Source of the DNA: Gaiellaceae bacterium
GTDB lineage: Bacteria > Actinomycetota > Thermoleophilia > Gaiellales > Gaiellaceae
Reading direction: 5' to 3'
NCBI GenBank assembly: GCA_040905885.1
Contig: JBBDQR010000157.1
Coordinates: forward strand, 8,563 to 72,562
Length of the DNA: 64,000 bases
Part shown: positions 16,942-25,550 of the stretch, piece after piece
How the letters are laid out: every line of letters begins with the position of its first letter
How positions within the stretch are numbered: position 1 is the stretch's first letter
The notes under the pieces: generated by a model
Told to the model about the DNA's origin: nothing
Database searches by the model: none
Seen by the model: only the letters and a program-made list of their open reading frames with translations
Made by a program: the position numbers and the translations under genes

Positions 16942-17343
16942 CTAGTCCTCGAGCGTTCCGTACGTGTAGGCGAAGATCGCTGCGACGCCGACGAGCTCCC
17001 AGGCCAGGAACGACACCATCGCAGCCGAGGGAACGCCGTCCACCGCGAGGCTCAGCAGCCTGGCGACTACGCCGGCCGTCATGACCGCGAGGAAGCCCCG
17101 GTTGAAGGCGCGGCGCCGGAAGATCTGACGCCAGTAGAGGAGCGCGAACGCGCCGAAGCCGAGCTCGACGGCGCGGAGGAACCGGTGCTGCGCCAGCAGG
17201 CTCGCCTCGGGGTCGTCGAGCCCGGCGGTCAGCGACAGGTCGAAGGGAGCGGCGACCGCTCCCACGGCCCCGGCGAGGACGAGCGTCGCCGCGTACCCGA
17301 AGAAGAGGACCAGCGCGGCCCACCTCAGGAACGGATGCGCCAC
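16942..17343 (-). CDS. small membrane protein, DUF4345-like
   Basis: Four hydrophobic segments; HRFLRAVELGFGAF motif. GTG 17343 overlaps the upstream gene by 19 nt. Confidence 0.65.
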   Translation of the reverse strand: MAHPFLRWAALVLFFGYAATLVLAGAVGAVAAPFDLSLTAGLDDPEASLLAQHRFLRAVELGFGAFALLYWRQIFRRRAFNRGFLAVMTAGVVARLLSLAVDGVPSAAMVSFLAWELVGVAAIFAYTYGTLED

Positions 17344-17699
17344 CAGTAGCCGATCGCGAGGAGCGCGGACGAGAAGTCGAAGACGGCGAGGGCGAGGCCG
17401 TAGTAGGAGAAGACGTCCAGCACGACGGCGAGCGACATCGCCGCGGCCGCGCCGAGCTTCTGGAGCGCCGACCAGCCGACGACGAGGCTGCTCGGCGGCG
17501 GCCGGAGCAGCGTCTGGGTCAGCGCGCCGCCGACCACGGCCATGAACATGCCGATGATCCCGAAGAAGAGGCGGTCGCTGGTGGTCGTGGGCGCGGAGAG
17601 CAGGTCGAGGACGAAGCCCTGGGCGGCGATCAGGACGATTCCGGACAGGAAGGTGCCGGCGGCGATCGCGAGCAGCGCCAGGCGCAGCGGGTCTCTCAT
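17325..17699 (-). CDS. small 4-TM membrane protein, unknown family
   Basis: MRDPLRLALLAIAAGTFLSGIVLIAAQ... The ATG overlaps the upstream stop (ATGA at 17696-17699). The longer ORF-track version (to 18116) overlaps the DUF1772 gene and was rejected. Confidence 0.65.
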   Translation of the reverse strand: MRDPLRLALLAIAAGTFLSGIVLIAAQGFVLDLLSAPTTTSDRLFFGIIGMFMAVVGGALTQTLLRPPPSSLVVGWSALQKLGAAAAMSLAVVLDVFSYYGLALAVFDFSSALLAIGYWWRIRS

Positions 17700-18157
17700 C
17701 GGGCCTTGAAGGCGAAGTAGGTGGCCATCGCCAGCCACTGCGCCGTCCAGAACCAGATCCGGATCCAGTTGAGGGAGATCCACTTGCCGAGCACCTGCTG
17801 GAGCTCGGCGTCGTCGGTGATGTGAGCGGCCAGCCTCCGGTTGTGCGGGAAGATGAGCAGCGTCGTCAGCCCGGTGGCAGCGACCACGCCCGCCAGCACG
17901 ACGGCGGGGGCGGCGACGTAGGTCGAGCCCCACTCGGCGACGATCAGCGCGATCGCGGCCCCGATGATCACGACGGTCATCACGGTGAAGAAGCGCGTCG
18001 CCCGCTTGATCGGGGCGACGATCTGGTCGTAGTAGTTGGCGGCCGTCATCGTGGCGCGGTTCGGGAGCGTGAAGAGCGACAGCGACCAGCCCGTGCCCAG
18101 GTACATCGAGGCGCACAGGAGCAGCACGCCCGCGACGACGAGCTCCCAGACCCTCAC
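17696..18157 (-). CDS. DUF1772-like (anthrone-oxygenase-like) membrane protein
   Basis: MRVWELVVAGVLLLCASMYLGTGWSLSLFTLPN...LIFPHNRRL...; GTGA overlap with the upstream stop (18154-18157). Confidence 0.7.
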   Translation of the reverse strand: MRVWELVVAGVLLLCASMYLGTGWSLSLFTLPNRATMTAANYYDQIVAPIKRATRFFTVMTVVIIGAAIALIVAEWGSTYVAAPAVVLAGVVAATGLTTLLIFPHNRRLAAHITDDAELQQVLGKWISLNWIRIWFWTAQWLAMATYFAFKAR

Positions 18158-19092
18158 GGTTCCGGCGCCGGCGAAGCCGGCACCTCCGCTCTTTGTGAGC
18201 CTCCGTCGAGCCTACGGCTCATGCGCCGCTCCGGGGGCGCGAGCCAGTCCTCGCCGAGGCCGAGGTCGATCACGCTCTCCAGCCCCTCAGGCCGGTCCTC
18301 GGGCGGCTCCCGATAGGGGACGAACCAGCTCTCGATGTAGTCGTCCAGCACGCCGTGCGCCTCGGGGAAGAAGACCGTGAACACGGGGCGCTCGGCGACG
18401 CCGAGCCGCTTCACCGCCGCGAGCCGGGGATGGTCCCCGAGCTCGAGCCTCGCCCGTGCGCGGCGGCCGAAGCCGACCTCGACCCGGCCGCGGAAGTACA
18501 CGTCCGACTTCATCAGCATGCCGCGGAACACGCAGTAGTTCGAGGCGCCCATGCTCGCCGGCAGCTTCGGCCCGCCCGGACGCTCGATCTCGACGTAGAC
18601 CGCGCGCTGCCCGTCCTTGTCGTACTGGCTCGAGACGGTCGTGTCCGTGACGGCGAAGTCGAGGTTCGCCTGGTGCTTCGGCATCCCCCAGATGCCCTTG
18701 CCGCCCTTGACCGAGATCTCGGTGCTGACCGGCAGGTCGAGCACGTACTGGCCGAAGCGGAAGGGGCCAGGGAGCAGCAGCGGCAGCAGCGGCGGCGGGT
18801 CGGTGTCCCGCCGGGCGCACGCCAGCGCGACGCTGAACTCGATGTACTGCCCGATCGAGGTCTCCTGGTAGTTGACGACCGTGAAGACCAGCAGGCCCTT
18901 CCGCCAGAGCCGCACCGGCGCCAGCAACGGCGGCAGCAGCTCCCGCGCCCGGTCGAGATCGACCGGGAACGCGGCCATGAACGCCTGCATCCGGAACGAC
19001 CGCACCGGCAGCGCGAACGGGATCCCGTCGACAAGCGCGTGGCGCCCCTGCTCGCGCCTGACCCGCCCGGGAATGATCCCGATCGCCTTCAC
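18154..19092 (-). CDS. acetoacetate-decarboxylase-like (ADC family) protein
   Basis: DLPVSTEISVKGGKGIWGMPK resembles the ADC-family G(R)E.WG.PK signature. GTG 19092 overlaps the hydrolase stop (GTGA). ORF-track 18154..19869 is a chimera with the antisense/alternate frame of the hydrolase. Confidence 0.65.
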   Translation of the reverse strand: MKAIGIIPGRVRREQGRHALVDGIPFALPVRSFRMQAFMAAFPVDLDRARELLPPLLAPVRLWRKGLLVFTVVNYQETSIGQYIEFSVALACARRDTDPPPLLPLLLPGPFRFGQYVLDLPVSTEISVKGGKGIWGMPKHQANLDFAVTDTTVSSQYDKDGQRAVYVEIERPGGPKLPASMGASNYCVFRGMLMKSDVYFRGRVEVGFGRRARARLELGDHPRLAAVKRLGVAERPVFTVFFPEAHGVLDDYIESWFVPYREPPEDRPEGLESVIDLGLGEDWLAPPERRMSRRLDGGSQRAEVPASPAPEP

Positions 19093-20186
19093 CGCTCGAG
19101 CTCGGCGAGCATCAGCGGGAAGACGTCCCGCGCCGCCCGCGCGCCCATGAACATGTCGAGGTGCCCGTAGCCCGGCACCTCGACCAGGGAGTGGTAGCCG
19201 GGGCGGCGCTCGTCGAAGAAGCGGAACGTCCGCTCCTGGCTCGCCGGGAGGAAGCAGATGTTCTCCTGGCCGGCGAAGAACGCGAAGCGCGCGTCCGTCT
19301 GCGGATCGTCGGCGACGAAGCTCCGGGGCAGCTCGGGCCGGCTCTCCACGGAGACGAGATGGCCGGCCTCCACGCACTTCCCCATCTGCCGGAAGAACGA
19401 GATCGGTACGTGCGCGAACTCCTGCTTCAGCCACTCGTGGGTCTGCGGATTGAGATTCTCGTGCCGCCACAGCGCCGGGAAGCCTGTGCCGTACGTGAAG
19501 CTGACCATCTTGCAGACCGGGTTGTCGCACTCGTGGTGCGTGATCCGCACCATGAGGGCGAGAGCCTTCGCCGTCTTGGTGGGAGCTTCCAGGCCCCAAC
19601 GGGGATTCATGAACGGCGTCAGCTTCCCCACCAGCGGGACGAGATTCTTGAGCTTGAACCGCGAGATCCGCGGGATCACCGGATGGAGCGTCACCGCGTT
19701 GGCGACCACCGTCTTCACCTCGGGCACGAGACCTGCGACCGCGGACATCATGAAGCTCGTCGAGCCCTGGCAGTGGATGACCGCCTTCACCTCGTCGGCG
19801 CCGGTCTCCTCCACGACCTTCCGGACCGCCGCCGGATGGTCGTGGACGGCCGCCTGGTCGAGCGTCCACTCGTTCGGCGGGACGTCGATGCTCGCCCGCC
19901 AGTTCTCGAGCCAGACGTCGTAGCCGGCGTCGACGAGCTCGTCCACGAGCGTCCGCTCCACGGGCGCCCTGAAGATGTTCGCGCGGACGCCGGCGCCGTG
20001 CACCAGCAGCACCGGCCCCTTCGCCGGCTCGCGCTCGCCGCGGACGTTGACGAGGTTCAGCTCGAGCCCGTCGCCCGCCGTGAAGGGGACGATCCGCTCC
20101 TCCGTCTCCTCGGTCTTCACTCCAGTGCCGGTCAGCTCTCCCCCTTTGCCTGGCCTGGTTATACGTCGCCCACGCCGCGGCGGCAA
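19089..20186 (-). CDS. alpha/beta-fold hydrolase
   Basis: GPVLLVHGAGVRANIF, VIHCQGSTSFMMS (nucleophile elbow variant), GYGHLDMF. Start uncertain (TTG 20186 or GTG 20120). Confidence 0.75.
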   Translation of the reverse strand: MPPRRGRRITRPGKGGELTGTGVKTEETEERIVPFTAGDGLELNLVNVRGEREPAKGPVLLVHGAGVRANIFRAPVERTLVDELVDAGYDVWLENWRASIDVPPNEWTLDQAAVHDHPAAVRKVVEETGADEVKAVIHCQGSTSFMMSAVAGLVPEVKTVVANAVTLHPVIPRISRFKLKNLVPLVGKLTPFMNPRWGLEAPTKTAKALALMVRITHHECDNPVCKMVSFTYGTGFPALWRHENLNPQTHEWLKQEFAHVPISFFRQMGKCVEAGHLVSVESRPELPRSFVADDPQTDARFAFFAGQENICFLPASQERTFRFFDERRPGYHSLVEVPGYGHLDMFMGARAARDVFPLMLAELER

Positions 20187-20188
20187 GC

Positions 20189-20217
20189 TTGACGGGGCTG
20201 GGCCGTACCCCTAGTTT
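20189..20217 (+). promoter_or_regulatory. promoter TTGACG-17nt-TAGTTT, 9 nt upstream of GTG 20227
   Basis: cTTGACGgggctgggccgtaccccTAGTTTcgggagatcGTG read directly. Confidence 0.6.
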
Positions 20218-20226
20218 CGGGAGATC

Positions 20227-21987
20227 GTGACGAGCTGCCCGAACCCGCCCCAGGACGAGTCACGCGAGCAGATCGGCTTCGTCCGGCGCCCGATGGTGCG
20301 CTGGTTCGACCCGGTGCAGCTCGCCGGGACGGCGCTCCAGGTGGCCGTCTCGTCGCTCTTCGGCGCTTACTCCGACAAGCGGGAGATCCAGGCGGCGCTC
20401 TCACCGGGGGCGCAGGCGAACCGGGAGCACGCCGACGCCGAGGAGCTGTGGATTGACTATGTCGCCGACCTCGGCGACGGGTTCGAGCCGACGTACACGG
20501 TCGCGTACCTCCACTCCCGCCCCCAGCTCCTCCTGGCGGGCCCCGACGGACGGTCGTGGGAGACCGAGCGCGGGCGGATCCTCGTCCTGGGCGGAGACCA
20601 GGTCTACCCCACGGCGACGCGAACGGACTACGAGGACCGCCTGATCGGCCCCTACCGTGCCGCGCTGCCATGCGTGGAGCCGGAGTCCGCCGCGCCCCAC
20701 CTCTACGCGATCCCCGGCAACCACGACTGGTACGACGGCCTGACGAACTTCATTCGCATCTTCTGCCAGCGCCACTGGATCGGAGGCTGGAAGACGCGGC
20801 AGGAGCGAAGCTACTTCGCGCTCGAGCTGCCGCATCACTGGTGGCTGTGGGGGATCGACATCCAGTTCGACGCCTACATCGACGATCCCCAGCTGGACTA
20901 CTTCCGCGCCGCCAAGAAGCTGCTGCGCGAGGGGGACCGCCTGATCCTCCTGACCGGCAAGCCGAGCTGGACGAAGGCGCTGGAGGACGATCCCTCGTAT
21001 CGGAACCTCGCCTTCTTCGAGCGGGAGATGCTCGCCGACACCGGCGCGAGGCTGGCGGTCGTCGTCAGCGGCGACCTGCATCACTACGTCCGCTACGAGG
21101 ATCGCTCGGGCGGACGGCAGCGGATCACCGCAGGCGGCGGGGGCGCCTACCTCTACCCGACCCACCACATGGCCGAGGAGCTGAGGCTCGAGGAGGAGGG
21201 GAAGACGGTCGAGTACGACCTGAAGGCGGCATTTCCGCCGAAGGAGAGGTCGCGGCGGCTGCGCTGGTGGGCTCCCTTGCGCCTTCCGACCAGGAACTGG
21301 CGCTTGCTCCGTGTCTTCGCGGCGCTCTTCTTCGCGCTCGCGCTGATGATGCAGGTGCCGGTGCGGAGGGCGATCCGACCGTCGGGAGAGGTCGCACTCG
21401 ACGCCCTGCCTGGCCTGTGGCTGGACCTCGTCACAAGCAGGTGGTTCGTCTTCGCCGCCTTGATCCTGCTCGGCGCGCTGGTGCTCTTCGCGGCCGGCCG
21501 GAGCCTGCTCCAGAAGGTCCCGCTCGGCGTCGGCCACGCCGTGCCGCAGCTGTTCATGCTCTCCTGGGCCGTCGTCCTCTCGGCCTGGCTGCTTGCTCTC
21601 CCGGGCGACTGGAGCATGCGCTTCCCGCTGCTGCTCGCGGCCCTCGCGGCGTTCGCCGCCAGCTTTCCGGGCGCGGCGCTGCTCGGTCTCTACCTGGCAG
21701 TGTGCGACTGGCTCTTCGGCACCCACCGGCCGCTGTTCGGCGACGCGCTCGACCGACACGCGAACGAGGTCTTCGCCTGCCAGGGAATCGCGGACTGGAA
21801 GAACTTCCTCCGGCTCCACATCGGCGCCGACGGGGCACTCACGATCTTCCCGGTGGGGATCGAGCGCGTCGCGCGCCGGCGAGAGCTCAGCCTGAACACG
21901 ACCGGCGGGCCCGGAGACCCGTTCTTCCTCGCCCCCGAGGGCCTCGAGGCCCAGCTGATCGAGACGGAGCCGATTCGGATCGAGTAG
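20227..21987 (+). CDS. calcineurin-like metallophosphoesterase fused to a C-terminal polytopic membrane domain
   Basis: DLGDG, LGGDQVYP, IPGNHDWYDG, SGDLHHY metallophosphoesterase motifs, followed by about 5 hydrophobic helices (RLLRVFAALFFALALMM..., WFVFAALILLGALVLFAAG...). Confidence 0.8.
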   Translation: MTSCPNPPQDESREQIGFVRRPMVRWFDPVQLAGTALQVAVSSLFGAYSDKREIQAALSPGAQANREHADAEELWIDYVADLGDGFEPTYTVAYLHSRPQLLLAGPDGRSWETERGRILVLGGDQVYPTATRTDYEDRLIGPYRAALPCVEPESAAPHLYAIPGNHDWYDGLTNFIRIFCQRHWIGGWKTRQERSYFALELPHHWWLWGIDIQFDAYIDDPQLDYFRAAKKLLREGDRLILLTGKPSWTKALEDDPSYRNLAFFEREMLADTGARLAVVVSGDLHHYVRYEDRSGGRQRITAGGGGAYLYPTHHMAEELRLEEEGKTVEYDLKAAFPPKERSRRLRWWAPLRLPTRNWRLLRVFAALFFALALMMQVPVRRAIRPSGEVALDALPGLWLDLVTSRWFVFAALILLGALVLFAAGRSLLQKVPLGVGHAVPQLFMLSWAVVLSAWLLALPGDWSMRFPLLLAALAAFAASFPGAALLGLYLAVCDWLFGTHRPLFGDALDRHANEVFACQGIADWKNFLRLHIGADGALTIFPVGIERVARRRELSLNTTGGPGDPFFLAPEGLEAQLIETEPIRIE

Positions 21988-22118
21988 CCGGGGCTTGCGG
22001 CGAGGCGGAATGCGGCCTACGCTCTGCCCGAGTCGAATCGTTCTGCGGCCGGAACGAAGGGGGAGTCACGGCCGACATCGCACGAGTCCTCGGAGGCCGG
22101 CGCGGGGAGCGGTTCGGC

Positions 22119-23147
22119 GTGGCCGAGCGGGCCCGCCGCCGGGAGGCGCAGCAGGTCACCTTCCCTGATCTCGCCTGGGACCACTTCTACTGGGAGCGAG
22201 AGAGACGGCTGGGGAGCTCGGAGCACCCGGAAGCCGCCGCCCGCTACCGCGAGACGCGCGCTGCGTTCGAGGCTCGCTACGGCGAGCTCCTCGGGGAGTA
22301 CTGGTCGATCAAGGAGCCCTCGGGCGTCGCGGTCACACGCAAGCCGGCTCCCCTTCTGCTCCGGCTGGTGATCGACGACAGGCTCCGATTCCACAGCGCC
22401 ACTGACTGGGTCACCCGCGACGCGCCCGTTGTCGCGGACCTGCTCTTCCGCTGCGAGACCGTCGCGATCAGGATCACGGAGGTGCTGAGGTACGCGAGCA
22501 AGACGATCGCGATCCGCCGAGTGCTCGCCGTCGCCAGCGGCCTGCTCGGGTTCCTCGACCGTGCAGACGACGCGGACGTGAAGGCCGACCCCCTGCCCGT
22601 CGTTCGAGAGCAGAGCCGCGAGCTCGATGCGATCGACGTCTACTACCGGCGGGCAGGCTCCCGCATCGGCCGGATCCTCTACACCTGGGGCATGGTGATC
22701 GGCCTGGCCGTCCTGGCGGCGCTGCTCTCGGCCTTCGTCGTCCCCCTCTGGCTCTGGGGCCCGCTCGACTGGGCCGACCGCGGCCTCCAGATCTTCCTCG
22801 TCTCGTACGGAGCCGGCGCGATCGGGGCCTTCATCAGCGTCCTCCAGCGGATGGCGACGGAGAAGTTCACGATCCACTACGACCTGGGCAAGCGCAGCCT
22901 GTACACCCTCGGGAGCTACCGGCCGGTGCTCGGAGCCGTCTTCGGCGTGTTCACGTACTTCCTGCTGGCGAGCCACCTGCTGCAGACCGAGGACCCCGCG
23001 GGCGAGCGGGCACTCTTCTTCTACGGTGCCGTCGCGTTCGTCGCCGGCTTCAGCGAGCGCTTCACCAAGGTGCTCGTCAAGGGCGTAGAGGAGCGATTCG
23101 GGGCGGCGGGCGAGCAGCCCCCCGCCGGCACGGCAGCGGGCCGCTAG
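22119..23147 (+). CDS. hypothetical protein: soluble N-terminal half plus C-terminal about 4-TM domain
   Basis: Real part of chimeric ORF 20556..23147. GTG 22119 is preceded by GGGGAG at 9 nt. TM segments ILYTWGMVIGLAVLAALLSAFVV, IFLVSYGAGAIGAFISVL, PVLGAVFGVFTYFLLASHLL, LFFYGAVAFVAGF. Confidence 0.6.
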   Translation: MAERARRREAQQVTFPDLAWDHFYWERERRLGSSEHPEAAARYRETRAAFEARYGELLGEYWSIKEPSGVAVTRKPAPLLLRLVIDDRLRFHSATDWVTRDAPVVADLLFRCETVAIRITEVLRYASKTIAIRRVLAVASGLLGFLDRADDADVKADPLPVVREQSRELDAIDVYYRRAGSRIGRILYTWGMVIGLAVLAALLSAFVVPLWLWGPLDWADRGLQIFLVSYGAGAIGAFISVLQRMATEKFTIHYDLGKRSLYTLGSYRPVLGAVFGVFTYFLLASHLLQTEDPAGERALFFYGAVAFVAGFSERFTKVLVKGVEERFGAAGEQPPAGTAAGR

Positions 23148-23157
23148 CCTTCGAGCC

Positions 23158-24087
23158 GTGAGGCTCGACGGCATCCACCACGTCACCTGCATCACCGGGG
23201 ACGCGCCGCGCAACGTCGACTTCTACGCGCGCGTGCTCGGGTTGCGGATGGTCAAGAAGACGGTCAACCAGGACGACCCGACCGTCTACCACCTCTTCTA
23301 CGCCGACGAGGAGGGCAGCCCCGGGGCCGACATCACCTTCTTCGAGTACCCGGGCGCGCGCCGCGGCCACGCCGGCGCGGGGATGATCCACACGATCACG
23401 TGGCGGGTCGCCTCGCCGGCGGCGCTCGACTTCTGGGCCGACCGGCTCGCGGGCGAGCGGATCGAGACCGAGCGCGACAGCGACCGGCTCTCGTTCGCCG
23501 ATCCCGAGGGCCTCGGCCTCGAGCTCCGGATCGTCGAGACCGAGGACGAGCCGCTCCTCGCCCACCACGCGGAGATCCCCGAGGAGCACGCGCTCCAGGG
23601 CTTCGACGGCGTCCGCGCCTTCAGCGACGACCCCGACCAGAGCCGCGCCTTCCTCGTGGAGACGCTCGGCTTCTGGCCGGAAGGAGAGGACGCCTACAAC
23701 GTGCGCGGGGAGACGCGCGGCTCCGGCTACGCCTACGACCGCAGCGAGCAGCGGGGGCTCGGCGGCGCCGGCACCGTCCACCACGTCGCCTGGTCGTCGA
23801 CGATGGAGGACCACGAGGCGTGGCAGCGGCGGGTCGCCGAGTCGGGCGCCCGGCCGACGCCGATCATCGACCGATTCTGGTTCCGCTCGATCTACTTCCG
23901 CGAGCCGAGCGGCGTCCTCTTCGAGATCGCCACGGTCGGGCCCGGCTTCGCCGCCGACGAGCCGGTCGAGACTCTCGGCGAGCGGCTCGTCCTGCCGCCC
24001 GCCTTCGAGCACCTGCGCGACGAGGTGGAGCAGCGGCTCACGCCACTCCCCAACCCGCGCGAGCTCGCTAGTCCCGCGTCCCGCTGA
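23158..24087 (+). CDS. VOC/glyoxalase-fold ring-cleaving dioxygenase family protein
   Basis: GIHHVTCITGDAPRNVDFYARVLGLRMVKKTVNQDDPTVYHLFYADEEGSPGADITFFEY; two-module VOC pattern. Confidence 0.8.
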   Translation: MRLDGIHHVTCITGDAPRNVDFYARVLGLRMVKKTVNQDDPTVYHLFYADEEGSPGADITFFEYPGARRGHAGAGMIHTITWRVASPAALDFWADRLAGERIETERDSDRLSFADPEGLGLELRIVETEDEPLLAHHAEIPEEHALQGFDGVRAFSDDPDQSRAFLVETLGFWPEGEDAYNVRGETRGSGYAYDRSEQRGLGGAGTVHHVAWSSTMEDHEAWQRRVAESGARPTPIIDRFWFRSIYFREPSGVLFEIATVGPGFAADEPVETLGERLVLPPAFEHLRDEVEQRLTPLPNPRELASPASR

Positions 24088-24472
24088 GGACGTTGATGAT
24101 CACGATCGCGATCAGGATCAGGAGCCAGACGAGCCCGCCCAGCCGGAAGCCCGGGGTCTCGGCCGCCTCGACGTCGACCTCCTGCTCCTCGCCCGGGTCG
24201 TAACCGGCCGCCTGCACCTCGCCCTCCAGCACCTTCGTCGCGTCACCCTCTTCCGCCGCCCGCTGCAACACCTCCAGCAGCCGCTGCGCCTCGGCCTGCT
24301 GCCCTCCCTCCCCGCCCTGCGCGATCGCCGTCGCCAGCACGCCGATCGCCCGCAGCGACTTGCGGTCGCCCTTGAGCCGCGCGGGCTCGAGCTCGTTCCA
24401 GAGGATCACCAGGGCGCCGTCCGCGTCGCCGCGGCGCAGCGCCGCGCGCGCCTGCTTGATCCCGTCGCGCAT
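24068..24472 (-). CDS. hypothetical tail-anchored protein (helical/acidic, C-terminal TM)
   Basis: ORF-track 134 aa ending in LGGLVWLLILIAIVIINVL. No recognised family. Confidence 0.55.
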   Translation of the reverse strand: MRDGIKQARAALRRGDADGALVILWNELEPARLKGDRKSLRAIGVLATAIAQGGEGGQQAEAQRLLEVLQRAAEEGDATKVLEGEVQAAGYDPGEEQEVDVEAAETPGFRLGGLVWLLILIAIVIINVLSGTRD

Positions 24473-24476
24473 GGGC

Positions 24477-24683
24477 TCAGTATTCCGCCTTGGAGGGCGC
24501 CCCGCGCGGGACGCCGGGCCACCACCTGGCGCGGCCGACGAGCGAGATCAGCCCCGGCACGAGGAACGTGCGGACGAGGAACGTGTCGATCAGGATCCCG
24601 ACCGCCATCACGAAGGCGAACTCCCGGAACGCCGCCAGGGGGACGATCGCCAGCAGCGAGAACGAGTATTGCTGGATGGCGCG
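24477..24683 (-). pseudogene. orphan C-terminal fragment (last about 68 codons) of an MMPL/RND-type transporter
   Basis: Minus-strand translation: [68 protein letters not shown]. This matches the MMPL terminal TM pair and the LVP..m.LlG...WW.P motif. There is no upstream MMPL body; the frame is closed by the BON gene TAG. Confidence 0.7.
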
Positions 24684-25136
24684 CTAGTGCGGCGCCGGGG
24701 TGCCGGGCAGGTGGAGGAGGTTCTCGACCTCGCGCACCTCGGGGACGCTCCGGGCGCGCTCGACGAGCTCCTCGATCAGCTCCGGCCGCGGCACCTCGCC
24801 GCGCAGCTCGACGACGCCGTCACGCGCCTGGACGTTGATCTGGCCCTTGGGCACGTCGGGGCCGCGGAAGATCTCCGTCTCGACCTTGCGCGCGAGCGCC
24901 GGGTCGTTCAGCAGGCCGGCCTTCGGCTCGTGCCGGAGGTGGGTCGCCTTCTGCTTCAGGCCGTAGACGTCGGAGCCGACCCGCCGGCCGAGGCGGCCGA
25001 GCTCGCGGCCGCGGCGCCGGAAGAAGGCGGGCACGCGCTGGGCGAGCTGGGCCCGCCGACGGCGTCCGCTGACCGGGTCGAAGAAGAAGCCCGCCAGCGC
25101 TCCGCCGAGGGCCGCGAGCGGCGCAATCCGTTTCAT
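24684..25136 (-). CDS. BON-domain protein
   Basis: NDPALARKVETEIF...GQINVQARDGVVELRGEVPRPELIEELVERARSVPEVREVENLL. Confidence 0.75.
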   Translation of the reverse strand: MKRIAPLAALGGALAGFFFDPVSGRRRRAQLAQRVPAFFRRRGRELGRLGRRVGSDVYGLKQKATHLRHEPKAGLLNDPALARKVETEIFRGPDVPKGQINVQARDGVVELRGEVPRPELIEELVERARSVPEVREVENLLHLPGTPAPH

Positions 25137-25187
25137 CTGACCCCCCTGCGTTCGCTTACGCGGGAGGGCTACCCAGACCTGCGGGTT

Positions 25188-25481
25188 CTAGTCCCCCCAG
25201 TCGAAGTCGCGCGAGCGGCCCCAGAGGCTGTCTTCGACGTCCTCCTGCTCGGCGGGCTCCGCCGGCGGCACGTGGGCCTCGACTTCGGCGTTGATTGCCC
25301 CGTCCATCGTCTCCTCGATCCTGGCCTGCTCCTCGGTCTTGAAGAGAGGATGGTTCTCGAAGGGATCCCGGATCATGTACGCGTCGAGCGGCATCTGCGG
25401 CTCGAGCGGCTTGTTGCGCTCCTTGAGCGCGAGATGGTCCTGGATCACCTCTGAAAACAGCGACGTGGTCTCAACCTGCAT
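25188..25481 (-). CDS. small acidic hypothetical protein
   Basis: 97-aa ORF. GGAGGA Shine-Dalgarno 4-5 nt upstream of the ATG. C-terminal SLWGRSRDFDWGD. Confidence 0.6.
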   Translation of the reverse strand: MQVETTSLFSEVIQDHLALKERNKPLEPQMPLDAYMIRDPFENHPLFKTEEQARIEETMDGAINAEVEAHVPPAEPAEQEDVEDSLWGRSRDFDWGD

Positions 25482-25550
25482 GAAGTCCTCCGCAATTCGG
25501 GGCCGAGAGCCCGAAGTGTAGTCCGTTTTCGGGACGTTTGACCGACTTCC

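Noticed and set aside
24684-24686. The possibility that the BON gene TAG is read through to make a BON-MMPL-tail fusion, since the two are in the same frame.
   Set aside because: There is no supporting context such as a known readthrough signal. A one-in-three chance of frame agreement is enough to explain it. I treat the downstream sequence as a gene remnant.
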